Of a DNA stretch of 64,000 bases, positions 1-15,000 are shown one piece after another. This DNA comes from an uncultured Planctomycetales bacterium (lineage in GTDB: Bacteria > Omnitrophota > Gorgyraeia > Gygaellales > Profunditerraquicolaceae). Both the position numbers and the translations under genes were made by a program. How positions within the stretch are numbered: position 1 is the first letter of the stretch; the number at the start of each line of letters is the position of its first letter. The DNA is taken from NCBI GenBank assembly GCA_964354795.1, contig CAYHBB010000040.1, positions 76,593 to 140,592 on the forward strand. The letters run 5' to 3'. Below the pieces are notes generated by a model. The model had not been told where the DNA came from. It worked only from the letters and a program-made list of their open reading frames with translations, and searched no databases.

Positions 1-3000
1 TCCGCCGTCTAATAAGACTGAATTTGCGATTATCAATGTCGGCCTTTTGATGTCATCGGGGTCTACGGGACTGACCCTGCCTACTTCTTGACGCGCCTGC
101 CTGATCGCCAGCTTTAAATCCCCGGGGTTCCAGTACTCAACCGCGTACAAAGAACGTTTGATCTTAACGTCTTGGCGCAAGATGCGGGACAGGCGCCGGT
201 ATAGAGTCCGGTAGTTGCCGTGCTTACGCACTTCATTTCTGATGAACCTGCCTCTTGTCTTAACCAGATGTTTAAACAACTGCTCCTGCCGGCCGGTGAT
301 TACATCATTTACGGTTATGACCATATTCCTGTAGCCGACATAGGCATCCGGATAACGCCCGGACTTCTTATCTTTAGGACGGGGCAATAAATGTTGTGTC
401 CCGTCGACCATGATAATAATCGGCTGTTCGTTCAATATCCGATCATAAAGGGCGGCGCTGAAAAGATCAGGCTTGATATAATACGGCTTTTCATGGCATT
501 CGGTCGAGCCGATCCTGGCATAGTGGACTTCTACGCCGTCTTTAGCCAGATCTTTAAGGGTCGGACTGACCGCAAAACGGCCGTAACTTAAATTAGGGAC
601 CACCCAGACCGGACGGCCTATTTTATCTGCCTGTTTCTTTACCTCCATGATAAATTGCCTTAGCCTGAATGCTTCGTAAGCCGCGTACTTTACCTCTACC
701 TTCTCAACATGGCTTAATTGCACCTTTGTCCCCCGGTTGTTAAAATTTTTCAGGATCACTAAATATTCCTTAAAGCTGTATCTGTGCGGCTGTTTGAGCG
801 TCCTGTCCACGAGGCCCCTGAAAGTGGTATATTCCAGGTTGACGCTTAATTCATCATGAGGGTCAAAGGACATCTCTGCGGACTTAAACTTGCGCCTGAC
901 CTCACCCCAGCCTTTTATGGCCTCGTCGATCTTATTTTGTTGAGCCTGCCTTATCAGCTCCCGCATCAGATACTCTGTAGGTTCAAAACCTTTTATGCAA
1001 AGCTCTTTTAAGGCGTATACGGCCATCCTGAATTCAGAAGGATTACGGGTTAAATCAACTACCAAAGGTAACATTTTGTTCAAGGCAAAAGTGGGGTTCC
1101 TGCCGGAATCAACTAAAGCTATCCCTAAGGATAGCGCTTCATTTAGCTCTTCTATGTTTCGGGTAACTCTGGATACGCAAGGCAAAGTATCCTTCATGAT
1201 CTCATGATAATCATAATGCTTATTTTTCATCGAAAGCGCGAACTTCTCAGCAATACCGAGGCCTTGGATGAAAACATCTTTCTCTTTTCCTTTGGAGAGA
1301 ATAGCGCTTAAGCTATATTTAAACACGTGGCGGGGATTTATACCTACATTCTTCAGGCGCGCCGAGCTGTTTAAAAGTTCAATCAACCGCATATCCAATA
1401 TCCGCTTATTAAGCGTAAGCAAGATCTCTATTAAAACCTGATATGGCTCATTATCCTCGACTTTGCCCTCTTTGACTTTACTGTAGATTTCGCTGAGGAT
1501 GATTAACTTATTTCTTGGCCCTTTAAGAAAACTCAGCGTATTTTTTATTTGTAAGTAGATATGGATGGTTTTTGCGAATTTTACGCCCAGCGCTATCAAT
1601 AAAACCGGGATCGCTATTGCTAAAACTATTGCAATATAATGAACAGGCAGCATGCCCAGAAAACAAACGGGAACAATGCCAAGGAATGTGTTCGGCGACA
1701 GGGCTTCTGCCTTCCTGATCCCTTTTAATATTTTCAGGGTAGCCTGCCAGGATCTCGCGCCCACCAAATCTTCGGAGAATCTTACTCCCAGCCTTTGTAA
1801 ATTCTGCAGCGCCTCGCCTTCCGGCTTTCTGCCTACGGAGACTATGCTTGCATGCGGCAAAGCGCTGATGACATCCGCATCCAGCGCTCCGGCAGAAAAA
1901 GAATCCCCTATAAAAAGCACTTGCTCTAAAGGGATACTCTGCCTGATATCTTTTTCAATGCTCCTTAAGAAGTGCTCTGCCGCTTTTGCCTTACTGACTC
2001 CGCCGATGAGCACGTGAATCGTCCTCTTACCCCCCAGCCTGGGAACCAGATGCCAGCCACGTTCAAGGAATAGATCGGTCAACGCATCAATGGCCCTGCC
2101 CCTATCTAAGACATGGTCGATGGTGATAACCCCTTGGCGTTCCGGGCCGGTCAGGCGAACATGTTGCCCCAACCTTGCGGCTACAGCTTTCCTGACGGCC
2201 TCAGGATCAACGGACAAAACCGTATTCTCTGTAGCGTCATAAATTGCCTGACTAAGCAGCATTCCCTCATCATCGAATCTGTAGCATTTTGCTCCTACTG
2301 CCGGATAAAGTACAAGATTCTTCAGTAAATGTCTTTTCTCTTGCCAATTCTGAGAAATCGGTTCAAGGATATATCTAGCGATCTCATCTATTCCCTGTGT
2401 AGTAATCAAGGCTATCCGCGTCCCCTGCTCTAGCAATCCGAAAAGCTCTTCTAAAATGCCAGTGTCGATGACAGAGGTAGTGTCGGTAATGGTCCTATCA
2501 ATATCAAAGATCATCACTGAATACGGTTTGAGCAACCTAACAGGCCCTGCTTCAGATTTTGGCTCTTCTCTGGCTACGGGAGCTTCTACCCTAGGCTTGG
2601 CGGTTTGCGGCTGCTTGAGTTGTTTTATAAGGATACTATTCTCTTGCTTAAGCCCGGCTATTAACTGGCTGGCTTTACGCCATCTATAGGCCATGTAAAG
2701 AGACAAGGCGCCTAAGACAGACAAAACGACCATTAGGGCATTTCGGTTATCGTTTGTTCCACAACCTGGTTTCAAAGGCTGTATTTTAGGCGTAACTGTG
2801 ATATTTTCAATATTTGAAGCAGCTATGACAGGAGAAACTACGGGGATTTTCTGCTCAACAACCGACTCTTCTATTTTGGTATCAATAGGCGGCAACTCGA
2901 CAGCCGGCGCCTCAAGCGGGATGGTCAATATGTTGCCTGGATGGATAACCGCAGGATCAGCTATTTGGGAATTGGCTGTAACAACAGCATTGGTAAAAAC

Positions 3001-6000
3001 GTGCCAGGGGCATTTATCACTATAATCATTCTTCCAGATATTCCATAAACTGTCGCCTTCCTTGACAATGATAGTATCAGCCGCCCTCTTTTGTGGCTGA
3101 GCAACGGATTCCGCGTTTACCAAAGATGCAAATAAAGTTGAGGTAAGGATTGTAGCCAGCGATAGAAAACCGAGCAGCTCAATAAAAGTTTGGCCGCTGA
3201 CAACCTTTGCGCCCCTAATATAGCGTTGCTCAGGGATCGTTCCATCGCTAAGGGTATTGCGCAGCCGGTTATCTCTTGCAGGACCATGTGGTGCCGGACT
3301 GTCCAGCCCTTTGGTCACCGACCAGAAAAGAATATCCTTGGACGCTCCGATAAAAATAGAACGGTATGTATTCTCTCCTACGAGAAAAGTTATCTCTACA
3401 AAATTATATTCAGCATTAGTATGGACAATTTTGTAGTGGGCATTGATGATGATCTCCAGCGCCTTCTTCAATGGTATATCTGTCCCGCTTAAATCTTTTT
3501 CGGTCAACCCGCCACTGACAAAATCCTGAGCGATTCTTTCCTCTGATTCTCCCGTAGCCCTGGCAAGCTGCATTATCAGGGAATGCTGCATAAGCTTATC
3601 TTTTAAGGGAAGATTCGTTTTGATCTTATTCGCGCCTTCCTGTGGTTTCGCCTTGGACTTTCTTGCTGCTGCAACTACGAAAATCAGCCCTGCTACCACT
3701 AATACGCCAAAACCTACCACTAACCAAAACGGAAAACCCAGAATATTCGACGGAATCGTTGCAGTAATAGTAGTTATTGAGGCAACTAACGCAAAATCCA
3801 AAGGCACAATGGAAAAAATACCTTCCGGGCGGGGATGGGTTTCTGCGGACGATTGAGGATCTGCTGGTAATGAAGAATCAGGCATAGAGGATTTCTTTAA
3901 CAAATCAGCTACCTGAGCGGTTAACTGCGAGTTTCTAAAAGGCTTATGCATTATGGCATCTATAACAGTAAGATCCAAACCCCTGATCACATAACCGGAG
4001 ATCAATATAACCGGTATATTTTTATTCTTCGCCTTTACCTCTTTAGCTAATTCTCCGCCGTTTTTACCGCCGGGCATTTGAAAATCAGTTATGACTAGGT
4101 CAATATTTTCTACCCCTAATATCTTAAGCGCCTCTTCGGCATTAAGGGCGGTCAAAATATCATATCCTTCGCCACTTAACACCGCATCAAAAGTGCGCAA
4201 GATCATGGGTTGATCATCCACGAACAGTATTTTCTTCTTAGCGACAGATCCGGATTCAGTGATATCTTGAGAAAGCTGAATGGCCCCGTTTCTCGTTGAG
4301 TCCTCTTCTTCCTTCTGCGTATTCACGGGCTGAAGGCTGGGGATGACTTCCGAGGCGGGTTTGAAAACGCTTATCTCGGCAGAGCTTTGCCTGGCCTCGT
4401 CAGCAGCGCACTCCATTATCTTCGAAGACATTGCAGAAATAGGGATTCTCTGGTGCGGTATTCCGGCTCTGGCTATGCTATCCGGCATCTCTTCACAATA
4501 CCTGCTCCCATCTTTTGCAATTTCGCTTGGCGTAATATGCTGGACAAGAACTATGCCTCCGTTGCCCGCAATTTCTTTCGCTCCCGCCGTTCCATCCGAT
4601 CTCAAGCCTGATAAAACAACACAAATAACATCCTTATTGAATTCTGCTGCTGCCGATTTAAATAACAGGTCGATGGGAGAATACGCAATAACCTTACTTC
4701 TCCTAATGACCTCCCCACTAGCCGCGCTATCGAATAAAACCATAACTACCGGATAGCCGTTGTTATCTTTTTCAATCCAAGCATCCCGGCTAGTAACAAG
4801 TATCATCCCGCGCTCTAAATAGAACCTCTTTGGCGAATCCACACTTGGTTCACACAAAATGATCTTTCTCGACTTGTTTTGCTGAACAAATTCGGTAAAT
4901 GCGGCATAGCAGGGCCGTAAGTGTTCGTTAATTATGACCGGGGGATGATCCTGCGGCAATCCTTCAATTATCTCTTCGATCGCTTCATATCCACTGCGAG
5001 ACGCGCCGATCACGATTACCTTTCCTTTGTAGTCGATTGGCTTATGCGTGTCCGCTTGAGGAGTGGAAATTACTGTACCGAGAAGTATTGGTAGAATCGC
5101 AAGTGCCGCAATCGGCCCGGCGGTGGCTAGAATACTTGTGCCGATGCCGGCAAGGGCAAGCTTAATCGCGGCCCAATGCGGCGCGATAAAAAACGTTATC
5201 AGCGCGCCTACCGCCACCAACCCAATGAGCGCGATCAGGCTTACCCCGAGCTTAGTCGAGGGGCCTTGGCCTTCCTTCGGGGACACCCTTCCGATTTCCG
5301 CCAAAATTCTTGGCGGACTCGCCGCGTTTTGTGGCGAGGGCTCCCTGGCTGTCCCTTTTGCCATGAGGCCCCTTAACCTGATTAACTCATCACGGAATTG
5401 CTTTAGTGAAGAATACGCGCCGCTTCTTACCTCCCGGTGAAAAGCGCTAACTTCGCCGATCAGCCTTTGATTAACAGCTGTGTCATCAGAGAATCTTAGG
5501 CCGGGGATGATTTCCTCTATGAGCCTTCCTCCTTGCTCCCACAAAGCCGCATTAAAAAGCAAGCATTCTAGCTTAGGATAAATAGATAATTCCGTTTTTT
5601 TGTAATCAATAAAAATAACGTCTCCATTAGCAGTGACAATTTCATTATTGTCATTAATATCCCATATGCCGCGCACCCCTTTTTCCTCAAGATAGATGCA
5701 GATCTCGGTGATTTTTATCACGATATTAAATACCTCATCAACATATTCGCTAAGCGGCCTGCCTTTATATTTAAGAAAATGATGCGAGAAATCCCTGCCT
5801 TCTACATAAGGATAGACTATCGCCTCAGAATAGATATACGTATCATAATCGTCGGAGCTGATCCATAATCTCTTTCCGGGGTTTAATTCCGGCCTTGCGG
5901 TCATTCTGCGGGGACGATACACTTGAGAGTAATCGCCGCCTATCCTGTCAAAAGCCTCCTCTATGCCGTCACAGTGCGCCGTGTCGGAACAACCTTCCCG

Positions 6001-9000
6001 CTCTGTTTCAAGCTTGCGAATAACCACTAATTTCGCGGTATCCTCATCTACAGCTAAGTCCAGGCGCCGGGTATCTAACCGTCCGAAAGTACCGAGGATA
6101 AGGTATCTTTTATTTTCCTCCCCAAAGCTAAGCACTAACTCTTCGCATGGTTCTGGGGCCAGAACAATCCCTACCGGCCTTTCCCTGTTGACCGCTATGC
6201 GCATTAGTTCCGCGATCATCCTGTTCCTGCGGGACCTGTCCTCAAAGAAGAACCTAAACAGGTCCTCCGTGAACGCATCAGGCCTGTTTTTCATCCAGAA
6301 GAACAGCTCATCAAAACTCTCCCATTTCAGATCTTCCACTTCCCAAGAGCCGGGATTAGCCTTATCAAGCCTGGCCATTTCCTCGGCGATCCTATCCGCG
6401 TTCCCCTGTAGCTCATAATGTATCTGTGCCAGCGTTTCCGCCCTTCCTTTTATCCTGGACATTTCTTCTTCGGTCATGGGCAGGATAAAAAACGCCCTTC
6501 TTTCCTTATTGGAATCAGTTTCTGAATCATAAATAAATTCCCCGGGGACTCCCACCGGAATAAGCCTCTGCTTTAATCTTTCCTTAAATGTATCTGTCAA
6601 CTCCTCTTGGTCATATATATGCATCTGCTTTGTGACTTTATTGACAACTGAATCCAAATAACTAAAACCCGCCTCCAGATGCCCGCCGAATATTGTCCAT
6701 AAGTGGGGGTATTTCTTGAATCCTGCGCGCTGCTGCAGGATAAGGCCAAAATCCGGGGTTACCAGGGCGACATTTGCGGTCCTGTGCCAAAGGCCGGCGG
6801 CTTCAGCGATATTCTTATCTGCCTGGCCGATTACCTTTTCTTGGCCGGTAGTTGAGTTAGGGTCCAAAATATCGATTATTCTTCCGCTAGGATATAGAAA
6901 CGCAGGGTCCTCCTGCGGCAGGCGCAGCCTTCTTACAATTTCTTCGATCTTTTCTGCTTCAACGCCCAAGGATTTAAGATTTTCTCTTACTTGATCCAAC
7001 GCGCAGGCGCCAAGAAGGGCCTCTTTGCTTTTTTGCGCTTCCTCCCTTTCGCCGTACAGCTCTTCGTAATGGTTCATGACGCCGTTCATGATGCCGGAGA
7101 TCTGCTCCATCGTAGTATCGAACGGCATCTCGCATGTTAACCCGAGGAGAAAACGGTCGCGGTGCGCAAAGCGATCCATAATGGAGGATACTTCAGCCGT
7201 CAGCTCGGCAGGATCTTTCGCGGGAGTTATCTGTGAAGCCATGATGTTACCGATAAGATAATTTCCGGAAGCGGTAAGGACTTCGTACGCCTTTTCGAGA
7301 TCGACCTCCTCGTCGATGCTGTAGGCGTCGACGTTAAGGCCGGTCATGTTCGACAAAAACGGCGTCGAATCGCCGCAACCGTGGAAAATGACACCGATGC
7401 CCTTCGCCTTCGCCGCGGCGGCTACGGCGTTCACACGCCGCGTGATGCAATCGTCGTAATACGACGGCGTCATGATGGCGGTCGAAGGCTCAAGGATGAC
7501 GATAGCGTCCGCGCCGGCCGCGGCATACGCCTCGGCCTCCTGAGCAGAGACCTTTACGCAATAATCGAGGAGCGCCCCGAATGTCTCGGGATCGTCAAGC
7601 ATCGCCATGGCGGCATCCGCTTCGCCCACCAGGCGCGCGGCGAGAGTGAACGGCCCGATCACGTAGCCGACCTTAGCGACCTTGTTGCCGTATTCCACGC
7701 TGAGCGCGGCCATGGCGTTTATGAATACGCCGGTGCGGCCGTCCCTGTCGATCATCGGAAGTTTCAGTTTCGCGATATTCTCCTTCGTCAGAGTAAACGC
7801 CGGCCCAAATAACCTGCCTTCCTGGTCGATATGTTTCGGCCCGAAAACGGACCGTACCGGAAGCGCGCCGCTCTCTTTATTCGCCTGATAAACGGCCTCC
7901 GGCCATGATGAAAGATCCATCATCGTAAATACTACGTCGAGCCTGAGAGAATCCTGGACGAACCGTATAACCTCAGCCTGCTTTGACGGATCGGTGGCAA
8001 GATCCTTTACCGAATAGTCTTTACGCTCGTGTTCGTTAAAAAATTTCACTCCGCCGAAACTTATAAGCGGCATCCACATGGCTCTATTGCGCATATCGTC
8101 AAAGGTGATCCTTGCGGCTTCGGGCGCCGGAGCCGCTTCGCCTTTATCGACCCTGCCCCCGTCCAACGTCTCGCGCACCACCGCCCCCAGCATGCAGGCG
8201 CCAAGGATTAGCGGCAGGCTGTTCGGCGCGACAAACGCCGCCAACGCGCCCAGCGCCACAAACTCAAGCAACGCAATCATGCCTTGGCCAGACGCAGGGG
8301 ACACCCTTTCGATTGGCTTGATGGGTGTCCCTTGATTGGGTTCATGGGTGTCCCCATCTTGACAGAAGGAAGAACGCAGGACATACACAAAGGTCTCTTC
8401 TTGGATAAATACAGGCGCTCCCTCGCCCATATCATTCCATTCGCGGGACTTGACTTGGCGCTTATACGGCCCAAACTTAAAATAAGAATGATTTTCCCTG
8501 CCGGAAAACTCCTTTATTTTACTTTCGATTACGCGCGAAGCCTCAACTGAACAATGATCATCCGGGAATACTGAATGCCGGAAAATAACCCTTGCCTGCG
8601 CGACGAGATACTCCTGGACATTCGCAAAGAAACATTCAACATGTTCCTTATATACATATCTGTACCCGCCGTCAACAGACCTATCCCAACCGTCGACTGG
8701 AGAAGGAGTAAAGACAATAAGGTTAAATCTCCTTCCTTCCAGCCCCTGGAATAGATCTCCGCAGACAAACTCAAGCCTGCCCGGATTTGCGTTATTGTAA
8801 CCTAAGCTTTCGGCATTGGCCCGGGCGCAATCGACCGCCGCCTCTTTTACATCTGTAAATGTCACATGGCCGGCTCCCCGGCTAAGCATGATCAATCCTA
8901 ATATGCCTGAACCCGTGCCCAGATCAAGGCAGCGCTGGCCCGAGATGTCCCTGCCTAAGCGCTTTGCGATCACCCCTGTCAGCATGCCGCTGGGGGTGTA

Positions 9001-12000
9001 GACATCTCCCCCTGAAATTACGTACCCATCAAGTTCGGCTACATAGACACTCTCCCTCTGACGATAACTATACCTGCTTTTCAATGGTACCGGAAAATCC
9101 TTAGGCCTGGCGGAAGGCTTATTTCTTTTTATTCTGATCTTCTGGAAACTTCCTTCTTTCGACCATCGACGGGCGAGAGATTCCGGGACAAAAACATCTT
9201 CAGAATCTGAGAGGCTGCAGCACAATAAAAGCAGAGCTAATGCAAGAAAACTTAAATTGCCTGCGGAGACCACTGGCAAAGCTAAAAAATGTGCCAGCGC
9301 TCCGAGAGCCACCAGACCCGTTAGAAATACCAAAACGCTTACCTTGCTGACCAAAATTTCTAACGGGGCCAGCCCAAGGAGAGCAATCAGGATTGCCCCG
9401 AGCTTAGCCGGGGGGCTTTGGCCGGAAGATGAAACCCGGCCCTGTCTTTCCTGCATTGCCTTCTGCATTGCTTCGGCTAAAAACCTACAGGAATCCTCCC
9501 AGATGACACCTTTATTTATGTATAGGACAATTACCCCTTCTTTTCCTTTTAGTCTTTCCTGAACAATCTCTTTTGAACCATCGGTCCTCAAAATAACAAA
9601 AGTATCGGGCTTTATAGTTTTAATTTCCGACGCAAGCTGATCCCCATCCATTGTACACATATGCAAATCAGTAATAGCTATATCAAAGGGGCCTTGTCCG
9701 CTTTTGAATATTTCTATTGCCTCCTCTGCGCTATGTGCCGAGACAATGATGAATGCTGGATCGATCTTTCTTAATTGCCTGACCAGCAATTCTAAATCTT
9801 CTTCAGCATGTTCTATGACTAAAATTTTAATTGGAATATTTATATGTTGTGCGGATTGAATAGTTGCGGCGATAAAGAGGAGGCCGAGGCCAAGCGCCGC
9901 AATTGGTGGGCCGTGGTGCATGAATGCGCCGGCGATGGCAAGCTTAACCGCAGCCCAATGTGGCGCGATGACAAAAGCCGTCAGCGCGCCAAAGGCCATC
10001 AGCCCAAGAAGCGCGATCAGGCCCTGGCCACTGCGTGATCTATTTATCGAAGCACTGCCGGCCTTTCTTTCCACATACTCATCCACCGCTTTTAAGAATG
10101 CCCTGTTTTTCTTTGATTCAAGATAATAAAATGTATAGGCGTGCAATGGTCCCGCGGCGGAATCCATAATCTCTTTTTTCTTTAACCCAAACTTGGTCAA
10201 TTTATCAAAGAAACCTACTGCTGACCAAAGTTTGTCTTCGCAGGCTTCCGCGTGAATGGCGCCGTTGCCTATCTTCTGGCTTAAGGCTGCCGCAGCCTGC
10301 ACAAGCCTTGTGCCTACATAAGACAGCCCATTTTTGTTACCGGATGACCTTTGATGTTGCGGCTTGACGTCAACGGAACCGATAGCAAGCGCGTTATCCC
10401 TGTCGGGATACTCATAGTAATCCAGCACCTCCCTGTCAAATTTAAGGATCCCGGCCACTTTCTCCTTAGCGGTCAATACCAGCTCTTCCGATTCAAGATT
10501 AAGGAATCCGCGTATGATACAGGGCACTTTATTTCCGGCATCATCAATGACAAAAGTATCCTGCCTGAACCTGAAAAGCCCCCTGCGCAAAGCGCTAAGC
10601 GGATCGCTTATTGCTTCAAGTTTCAATCCTGCAGGCATCATGAGGGACAATTCTTTTTCCGCCTCGCTGGCAGAAGTAAAGTGCCTAGAAGGTATACCGC
10701 AGGATTCTGCGTTTACGACAAAATCCTGCCTGTCATCAAAATAAAGCATTTGCGAAGGCTGCACATAAAATTCCTGCTCGGTAAGCAGTAAGAATTTACG
10801 GAATATCTGCGCCCCGTCTCCCTTTCTAATACCCATCTCATAGGAGGCGTAAATACGGTCTGCCGCGCTTAACACTTCATATTTCCGCTTCAAATATGCA
10901 AGATGCATATGATTGGTATCGCTTAGGAAAGCCACTTTGATTCCGCAAGCCTTGAGCTTTTTTATCAGGTCAGCCGTATCCTGCCTTAGCTCGTATGAGC
11001 CGTTCCAGATACGCTTAAACGTCGCAAAATCAACACCCTCCAATTGAAGCTCTTCGGACATCTGCGCTACGAACTTACTTGTCGAGACCTCTCCTCTTTC
11101 GTAGCTGTGGTAGACGCCTGAATCCCTTAAAATAGCCGTTACCTCTTCTACTGTCTTATTGGTAAAGCCTTCTTTTACGAATCTCTCAGCTACCCTTTTA
11201 AAATCAAAATAGACAACAACGTTTCCAATATCAAAGACTACAAACCTTAACCTATCTGTGGATTTCTTAGAAACTGAAGAGGAAGTGTGCGTGGAAGACA
11301 CCGCTGCGGCAAGGAACGGGAGGAAAGCTATCGAAGCCAGTGGCCCGGCAATGGCAGGATGGCTCGCAAGACCAATGATGGCCGCCAGCAAGCCCAACCC
11401 TGCGAAACCAAAAAGTATAAAACACGCTAAATTATGATCAAACCAACCATGCGATCTTCCATTGGAAGAAGTGCGTTCGAGGATCTTCTGCTGATAGTGC
11501 TTTATCCAATAAAAAGCGTTATTAAGCCTCTTCTCCTGCTTTTTGGGATCCAACGCTTCTTTTAAAAAATCCACCCCGTCTTTACTTATATCAGATTTTT
11601 CTGACGCCTTAATAATAGTGTCCCTGTACTTGATGAAGGCCTGCAAGACCAGAATCTGTGTTTGTGAAGCCCTGATCTCATCCTCCTCGAATCTTAACGC
11701 CCCATACTTGATCTCATTAAGCATGTGGCCGTAAGCCTCATGGACAAAATCAGCCAGCATCACCGACGGATCATTTAAAACATTTTCATTAAGAATGATC
11801 ATATAGCTGTTTGAATTCGTTCTTTTGCTGAATATCTCAATATGTAACCCTGCAGGAGCTCGCCCTTCAAATCCCTGCGGGATATACCCTTTGCTGAATT
11901 TATAAAGCTGGACCATTTGCTCATCCGAGGCCCTGCATATACGCAGCCTATCGGTTTTCCAAAGCTCCAACACCAAGGTCAAATCAGCTTCCCCGGAGAA

Positions 12001-15000
12001 AGCGCCAACCATAGCCATCGCGACCTTGATCAGATCCAGTTTCTCTTCTTCGATCGCCTGAGCGGATACTTTTTCCAACAACTTTAATTCTTCCAGCTTA
12101 GCATCCTTAGGGCTCAATATTCTTCTGCCAAAATCATCCTTCATACCAAGCCCATTGACAGAGAGCTTAACAACCAATTTTACTCCAAGCAATGCTGCGA
12201 CAAGCGCCAAAACAGAAGCGATTACCGTTACTTTAGGTTTTCTGAAGAAAGCGAACACGCGGCTTCGGTCGGCGATTTTTGCCGCATTGATCAACCGCCC
12301 TGCTTCCTGATGGGGGCTGGGCCGGTCTTTTAAGGAATGCTCTATGACTTCGTGGATTAAGTCTTCTTTTGCTTCTTGGGTTTCTTTCTGGAAAGAACTC
12401 AGGCTTTCTTCGGTAACGATCAGGGTGATTTTTCCGTCAATGCTGATGATGACTGCGCCAAAATCCTTATCTATCCCTATTTCCCGATGCCTGACTACCG
12501 CGATACGATCAATACTTTGGACTACGGGCCCGGCGCGGATATCTTTAGCTTGAGCAAGTATTTTGCCTATCCCCTCCTGCTGCCCGGTTAAATACGCATT
12601 CACCCAAGGCATATCAACTTTGATTATTTTATTCTGCCCGAAGACTTTCTCAATTCTTTTTAGATCCTTACGTTTTAAGGCTCCAGTTTTACCGCGATTA
12701 TTTTCATCCTCTCCGGGCAATTCAGCGTCGAAAACTGTTTCCGCCTGGTTTTTCCAGAGCTTCGCTGTTTCCCCATTATGTCTCACCATTATAATCTTCC
12801 AATCAGCCCTAAAGGGATTCCAGTAATTCTGTCTTAAGTTTCCCTGAAGGATATGCGGGTACTTTCTCTTTATCCGTTCCCAGGTTGAAACATAAAACTC
12901 ATCAATGCCCATAGATCGGGCTACCTTCATGACATGCCTTATGGCAGCGTTGTTCCACACCCGGTAAGGATTCTCTTTAAGTTTTATCTGCCGCACGCCT
13001 CTGCTGGGATGCACTTCTTCAATAAAAAGAGCGGGCCTGCCGTCGCAGTAAAGATCTATTATTCCCACCCTCAGCCTTCCAAAAGAGCCATCCAGAGGAA
13101 GATAGGCATCGTACTCCGTAGGCGGGAATTCGACCAGGGCAGAAAGCTCAGGATGTCCGTCGATAAAACCTTCTTGCGGGAATATATCTGCAAACGGCAA
13201 TATCCGGTAATCAAAATCTGATTCTGTTAAATCACAGCGCGCAGGTATCATAAGGTTGCTGCCATCGCAAAACTTATATTCCCATTGGAAATCAGGATCT
13301 ACCTTTATCCTCTCAAAGAGCTCACCCGTTAATCTGTCTTTTTCTATTTGAGTCAATCCTTTTTTATCTTCCTCCGTTGCCACTCCGATGGTGCAGGCAC
13401 TAAGCATTAACGCCGCCGGCAGATAACAGGAAATAGCAGAACCAATCCCCGTGAAAACGAGCGCGGAAAAACCAAAGAAACCAAAGAGTACGAACATTAT
13501 TGGATACTGGTAGTAATAATTATAAGGCTCGAGGGTATCAATAATAATATCGGGATTACGCGGCCCATTGGTTTCCTTTGTGTACATATATTTATTCACG
13601 TGCCTGAATCGCTGCATTATCTGCCACCATTCCGGAAAACGTCCGCGCGCCCTGACCTTAAGCCGGCCCCTCCTTACTTTCTCATCCGTAACTATCACTT
13701 CGGCAAATACGTCGAGAAAACCGTTATCCTGCGGTATCCTGTTGACCCCTTCCACTATAAACACATCTACATTTGAGTTATCCTTGCATAAACCAGCGAA
13801 TGTCATCTCTGCCCATGATTCCAGAGGGGTCCTTTTTTGTTCTTTGAAGGCAGTTTTTTTGTTCATTCCGTTTGATTTCAACCAATCAAGCAGTGTATTT
13901 CTTATTAGGGTCTTACCGCTTCCGGGCTTGCCCTTGATCAGGACAACCACCGGCCTCTTGCGGCCCTTTGCCAGCTCCTCTTGAATGCGCTGCTTTAAGA
14001 CAACCAAACCCTGTCTTAAGCCAAATGCATTAGGTGAAGACAGGTAATCGGACCGGGCCATGCCAAGCAAAAACGGCGCGGCAATAGACACTGAAGCGAA
14101 TAAATTGAACCAGTGGTTTTGGGCCGCTTCCCATAAATCAAAATCAAAATTAGAAATTGATATGATCTGAGCCAGAAATGCCAAATACCAAAGCACAGCA
14201 GCGCCAAATATACCCCAGAATACCCACCGTCCAAATAGACTGAATATCTTTTTGAAATCAATATGCCAACAGCTGGGCCTATCCATTGACTCGGTTGCCT
14301 TAAAGACTTCTATTCTTAACTCCTGTGGTAGCTGAGTATAGATAGAATCATCGAGGATAGCTGCCTTTGCCCAATGTGTGATCGCTGTTTTTTCATTACC
14401 AAGAAAATAATGGATGTAGCCGAGATTTCCATGCGCCGCAGCGATATTTGGGTTACTAACCAGGACATCCTTGAAAAAGGGAATGGCTTCGTGATACCTT
14501 TCTTCTTCGCAGTATTTTAACCCCAGGTCAAATAATTCTTTTATTGTGAGCTTGGAATGCCGCAGGGTATATCTTTTTTCGCGGTTTTGACTAAGTTGAA
14601 CGCACATCCCTCCCAAGACAAAAAACGTAATAGTGGCGAGAACGCTTGTGCCGATGCCTGCCAGCGCAAACTTAATCGCGGCCCAATGCGGCGCGATAAA
14701 AAACGTTATCAGCGCGCCAATCGCCACCAGCCCAAATAGCGCAATCAGGCTTTGGCCGGAATTACCCTGCTCCTCAGTCGGCGGATTCAATGGATCATTG
14801 GAACGGTAGTGGTCAATAGAATAAATTTTTCTTATGATATGTGGATAGCGATTTTTATTTTGATATCCAGGAATAAATATATTATAACTTTTATCAATCC
14901 TTACTTCAGATACTCTGGCTAAAGACAAGAAAACCATTTTTACTTTTTGAATATGCGTTCGTAATTCATCAACTATCCCACGATCAAATTTCTTTAACCT

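Noticed and set aside
6800-7000. A Nudix box in the module after the URO-D-like region, from FGGHLEAGFSYLDSVVNKVTKQ.
   Set aside because: It fits the GX5EX7REUXEEXGU consensus poorly, since the REUXEE portion is absent. I left it unannotated.
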